A DNA stretch of 63,849 nt, the filler included, from Octopus bimaculoides (taxonomy: Eukaryota): the NCBI RefSeq assembly GCF_001194135.2. It is 7 parts of 6 records of this genome, joined end to end, with 100 filler letters (N's around TTAATTAATTAA, not from the genome) between each part and the next. Parts side by side here need not be neighbours in the genome. Positions count along the whole stretch, not along the records: positions 57,821 to 63,849 come from NW_026307443.1; 6 more parts are not named here. One strand, written 5' to 3'. Shown here piece after piece: positions 60,440-63,849 of the stretch; position 1 is the stretch's first letter; every line of letters starts with the position of its first letter. The notes below the pieces were generated by a model that was given only the letters and a program-made list of their open reading frames with translations, was not told the DNA's origin and searched no databases. The position numbers were made by a program, and so were the translations under genes.

Positions 60440-60610
60440 TTTTCTTTTTACTCTAGGCACAAGGCCCGAAATTTTCGGGGATGGGGGCCAGTCGATTAGA
60501 TCGACCCCAGTACGCAACTGGTACTTAATTTATCGACCCCCGAAATATGAAAGGCAAAGTCGACCTCGGCGGAATTTGAGCTCAGAACATAAAGACAGAC
60601 GAAATATTGT
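60440..60610 (-). mobile_element. SINE family B, 3' part
   Basis: Reverse complement of 60010-60172. Confidence 0.87.
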
Positions 60611-61619
60611 GAAAGCAATATTTAAAATTTAGACAGTCCAAATTTTTTGCTTAAATCCTAGAAATGGACCACCCTTGGATACATCATTATTCCATCAAAT
60701 GTGTTTATGGAGAGAAAAATATTGCAAGACATCAATACATGTCAGAATGACAAAGAAACGAGGAAGATATCAGGTGGTCGTGAGACGTGTTCAAAATAAA
60801 AGCTAAATCACCCTTAAATCACACACAGAAACAATTTTTCTTCGGTTTTTGTTTTTTCATAACCGTATGAATTCTCGTCTGAAGAACGCAAATTCACAAA
60901 CAATTTTTGAAAATTCCAATAACTAAAAATTCCGCCAAGACTTCACAACTGACGAGTAATTTTCTTTTCGTTTTCAAACGTATAGATTCTAGATTAGCTG
61001 TAAATTTCTGTTTTCTTTTTCAATTTATACCTACTAGATAAACAAACGATGTTTTCCTTTGGAAACTAGGTTAGTTCTTAAAAACAAACCAGCAAATTCT
61101 GTTTTTAAACCGGATTAATTTTTTTATATAAAGACTAAATAACAATTTCACATAATTCCTAAACCGGACTCATCTGTTTCAAAACCGGATTTAGTAAAGA
61201 ATTATAATTAGTATCCAGATCCTTTCTTAGCCGGATTATTTCAAGAAGATAAACTAACAATTTCTTCTGTTCTAAAATGGGTTGGATTTAGAAGAATAAC
61301 TAGCAATGAAGTCTATTCTAATAACATGAGCAAGAACAAGGATATCAAATATTATACAACGTAAATACATGATTTCTTAAAATTATCTCTGTCTCAAAAG
61401 GATGAATCGTCTATCATAATAAAAGCGAAATTCTGTCTGTCCGGAACCCCTGAGCTCAATCTAAATTTGCTGTATATAGACAGATGATCCCTTTTTGGAA
61501 TCAGGATGATCCCGGGATTGAAAATCTGTCCTTCATTTGGTTCTTGAACATCCAGCATTGGGATCTGATTTAAAAGCATCAGAATTGCTGTTTCTAGCAG
61601 GTAAAGCTTGGCTGATTCA

Positions 61620-61655
61620 CGCCATCTTGGTTGGCATTTGTCAGATGACGTCAGA
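61620..61655 (-). promoter_or_regulatory. Candidate promoter motifs: YY1-type CAAGATGGCG and CRE TGACGTCA
   Basis: CGCCATCTTG at 61620-61629 and palindromic TGACGTCA at ~61647-61654 on the + strand, in non-repeat sequence. Confidence 0.4.
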
Positions 61656-62674
61656 GATCAAGAGAGAGATAAGTGACATTCGCTTTGTTAATTTCACGTC
61701 GAGATAAGAACTTTGGGACAAATTCGCCAACAGTTGGAATTCAACTTAGGATTGGAACAATAGAATGATTGCATTGCAGAATTAATTCTCACCCGTCCTT
61801 AACCACTGATCAAACACCACCGAGGCATGTAGCCGTTAAGGACGTATTATAGTCATGCTTTTTAGCTCTCTATAGTTTTGGGGCTATAGGCCCTATTAGC
61901 CCTCTGGAAGAGCTAGCATAAAAGTCCACGCCAAGTGCGACTTTTGACCAAGTAAATCCTAAATGGCAATTAAGACCAGTTCCATATGAGAAGAGGAGAC
62001 AATCTCAAACATCAAGTTGACATCCCGTTAAAGAAACGGGCTGGGTTATTGTCTAGAGATAAGAGGGCAGTGGTTGGCACGTGTTTCTAGCTAAATAACC
62101 GTCATCATTACAACAATTATCCGACCTTATCGCAAGTAGCCATAGGGCTTAGAGCTTTACGAACTCTAAGCACAGTGAGGGCCTAAGTAATTTGCATAAT
62201 TTAAACAAAAACTAGAATGTAAACAAAAAGTTGAATTTATTTTATTTTAATTTAAACAAAAACAAAAGAGAAATAACTGCAAGCAGCCAGTGACTTGTAT
62301 TTGAATAACATAGATAAATACAGGTATAGCAAATGCCATATAACAGAAATTCTTGCTGTATTAAAATTATCTCCAAAGCTGACGTGGTATCAAGGTAATC
62401 GGATTAGTTTATTGCGGTGTCTGTCTTCGTATTTTGGTGAAATTCTTTGAAATTCTTCGACGAAGAAACGGGGGAAACTTGTTAAACGAATAAGCAAAAA
62501 GAAGTCCTCTCCTCCTTGTTTCTCCCAACATCTTTCTTCCTCCTCTTCCCCTCTCTCTTTCTGTCTATCTCTCTCTCTTTGTGAATGTCTCTCTCTCACT
62601 CTCTCTCTTTCTCTCTCTTTGTGTTCTTTTCTCTCAAGCTATCACAATTCCTCTTCGTCATGTATTTTTCCTTC

Positions 62675-62723
<49 letters not shown>

Positions 62724-63224
62724 CATATATATGTGTGTGCGTGTGTGTGTATACACACGTACATATGCATTTATTTATCTCCATCTCTTAGAAACTCCCT
62801 CACTGCCCCCCCCCACTACATCCTTCCCGCTCTCTTTCACTGCATATCTGTATANNNNNNNNNNCATCCTTCCCGCTCTCTTTCACTGCATATCTGTATA
62901 TACACAATTATGCCTACATATAACTACATGCATAAACACATATATACAAGCATGTATATACACATACACATACGCATACGTATACATGTGCATGCTTTCA
63001 TATGTAAATTCAGACGCACGCTTAGCGTTCTCTTGTCTCCGCTTTTCATTTCGTACATACAATTGATTTTAGCAATAAAAGACATTTCGTTATTCATTCG
63101 TAAATGGCTGCATTTTTCATATTCATTTATTAATTTATTTATTTATTTAGACGTCCGTCGCCTCTCATTTGCCATGACTTATTCATCCACAGATTATGGC
63201 ATATGGGGGAAATAAATATATCGT

Positions 63225-63450
63225 AATGGTTGTAGGTATGATTAGGTGATTAAGACGTTCGCTTTACAACCATGTCGTTTCGGGTTCAATTCCATTGCAC
63301 GAAAGCTTTGGCAAATGTCATCTACTGTAGCTCCAGACTGATCAATGTCTAATGAGTAAATTTGGGAGATGGAAACTGTGTGAAAGCCCGTCGTATATAT
63401 ATATATATATATAATATACGATGGGCTTCTTTCAGCTTCCGTCTACAAGG
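63225..63450 (+). mobile_element. Diverged SINE family A head plus short inverted family A fragment
   Basis: GGGTTCAATTCC B-box, GGAAACTG..AAAGCCCGTCG, then GACGATGGGCTTCTTTCAG in reverse. Confidence 0.75.
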
Positions 63451-63461
63451 CTCATATAGGC

Positions 63462-63478
63462 AGATAGATAGATAGATG

Positions 63479-63530
<52 letters not shown>
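63462..63530. repeat. (GATA)n microsatellite
   Basis: Direct reading. Confidence 0.95.
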
Positions 63531-63531
<1 letters not shown>

Positions 63532-63849
63532 ACATACATACACACATGCACATCCACACATACATACACATACACACACACAACATTCCTATGAACAAGC
63601 ACATTCCTGCCGTAGCCATTCCGTTTTTTTTTTTTTGTACTTATCTTTGAAGAATCCAGGAACGCGTTATCCAATGTGTCGTTTCCTGTTTTAAGAAGGC
63701 CGTGAGAAATTTGGCGTAGATTCAGCTGTTATTTCTGACAGATCGAGTGAGATCAGAAAGGTGATGTCGTTGACAAATCACGTGATAATGTACTGTGACG
63801 GCGTAGTAGTGTAGCGGTGGAGTAAGTGGAGACGGTGGAGCGGGGGAGC

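Noticed and set aside
1-63849. CRISPR arrays, rRNA genes, prokaryotic operons or defence systems
   Set aside because: There is no repeat-spacer periodicity or rRNA signature, and the sequence is intron-containing animal DNA.

Overview
Repeat-saturated, AT-rich eukaryotic genomic scaffold; roughly a tenth is N gaps. The microsatellite density and SINE/RTE families resemble an octopus (coleoid cephalopod) genome; this is inference from repeat content only. The one host gene I can reconstruct is a VWA3A-like ciliary gene on the + strand. It has nine splice-phase-consistent exons from 41755 to 53073, plus a candidate first exon at 35595-35623 with RFX and forkhead motifs just upstream. The gene should continue, but I could not find the next exon. 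Its exon 2 encodes a ~200-aa P/S/T/W/N repeat that I do not recall from vertebrate VWA3A. The rest is decayed mobile DNA and simple repeats. Mobile DNA includes three R4/Dong-like REL retrotransposon fragments beside (AAT)n tracts, a Tx1-like LINE end, RTE LINE fragments and their stand-alone 3' tails, a Helitron helicase remnant, non-autonomous Helitrons, DD41D-like mariner and Tigger fragments, and three tRNA-headed SINE families (A, B and D below are my own labels). Nearly all ORFs in the supplied track are artefacts of N runs or microsatellites. I see no CRISPR array, rRNA or true tRNA gene, and no clear new biological system. The best leads are the repeat extension of VWA3A, a possible overlapping antisense X-box promoter, microsatellite targeting by retroelements, and intronic fold-back structures. 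Family assignments come from motif recognition, not database searches, and TE boundaries are approximate.
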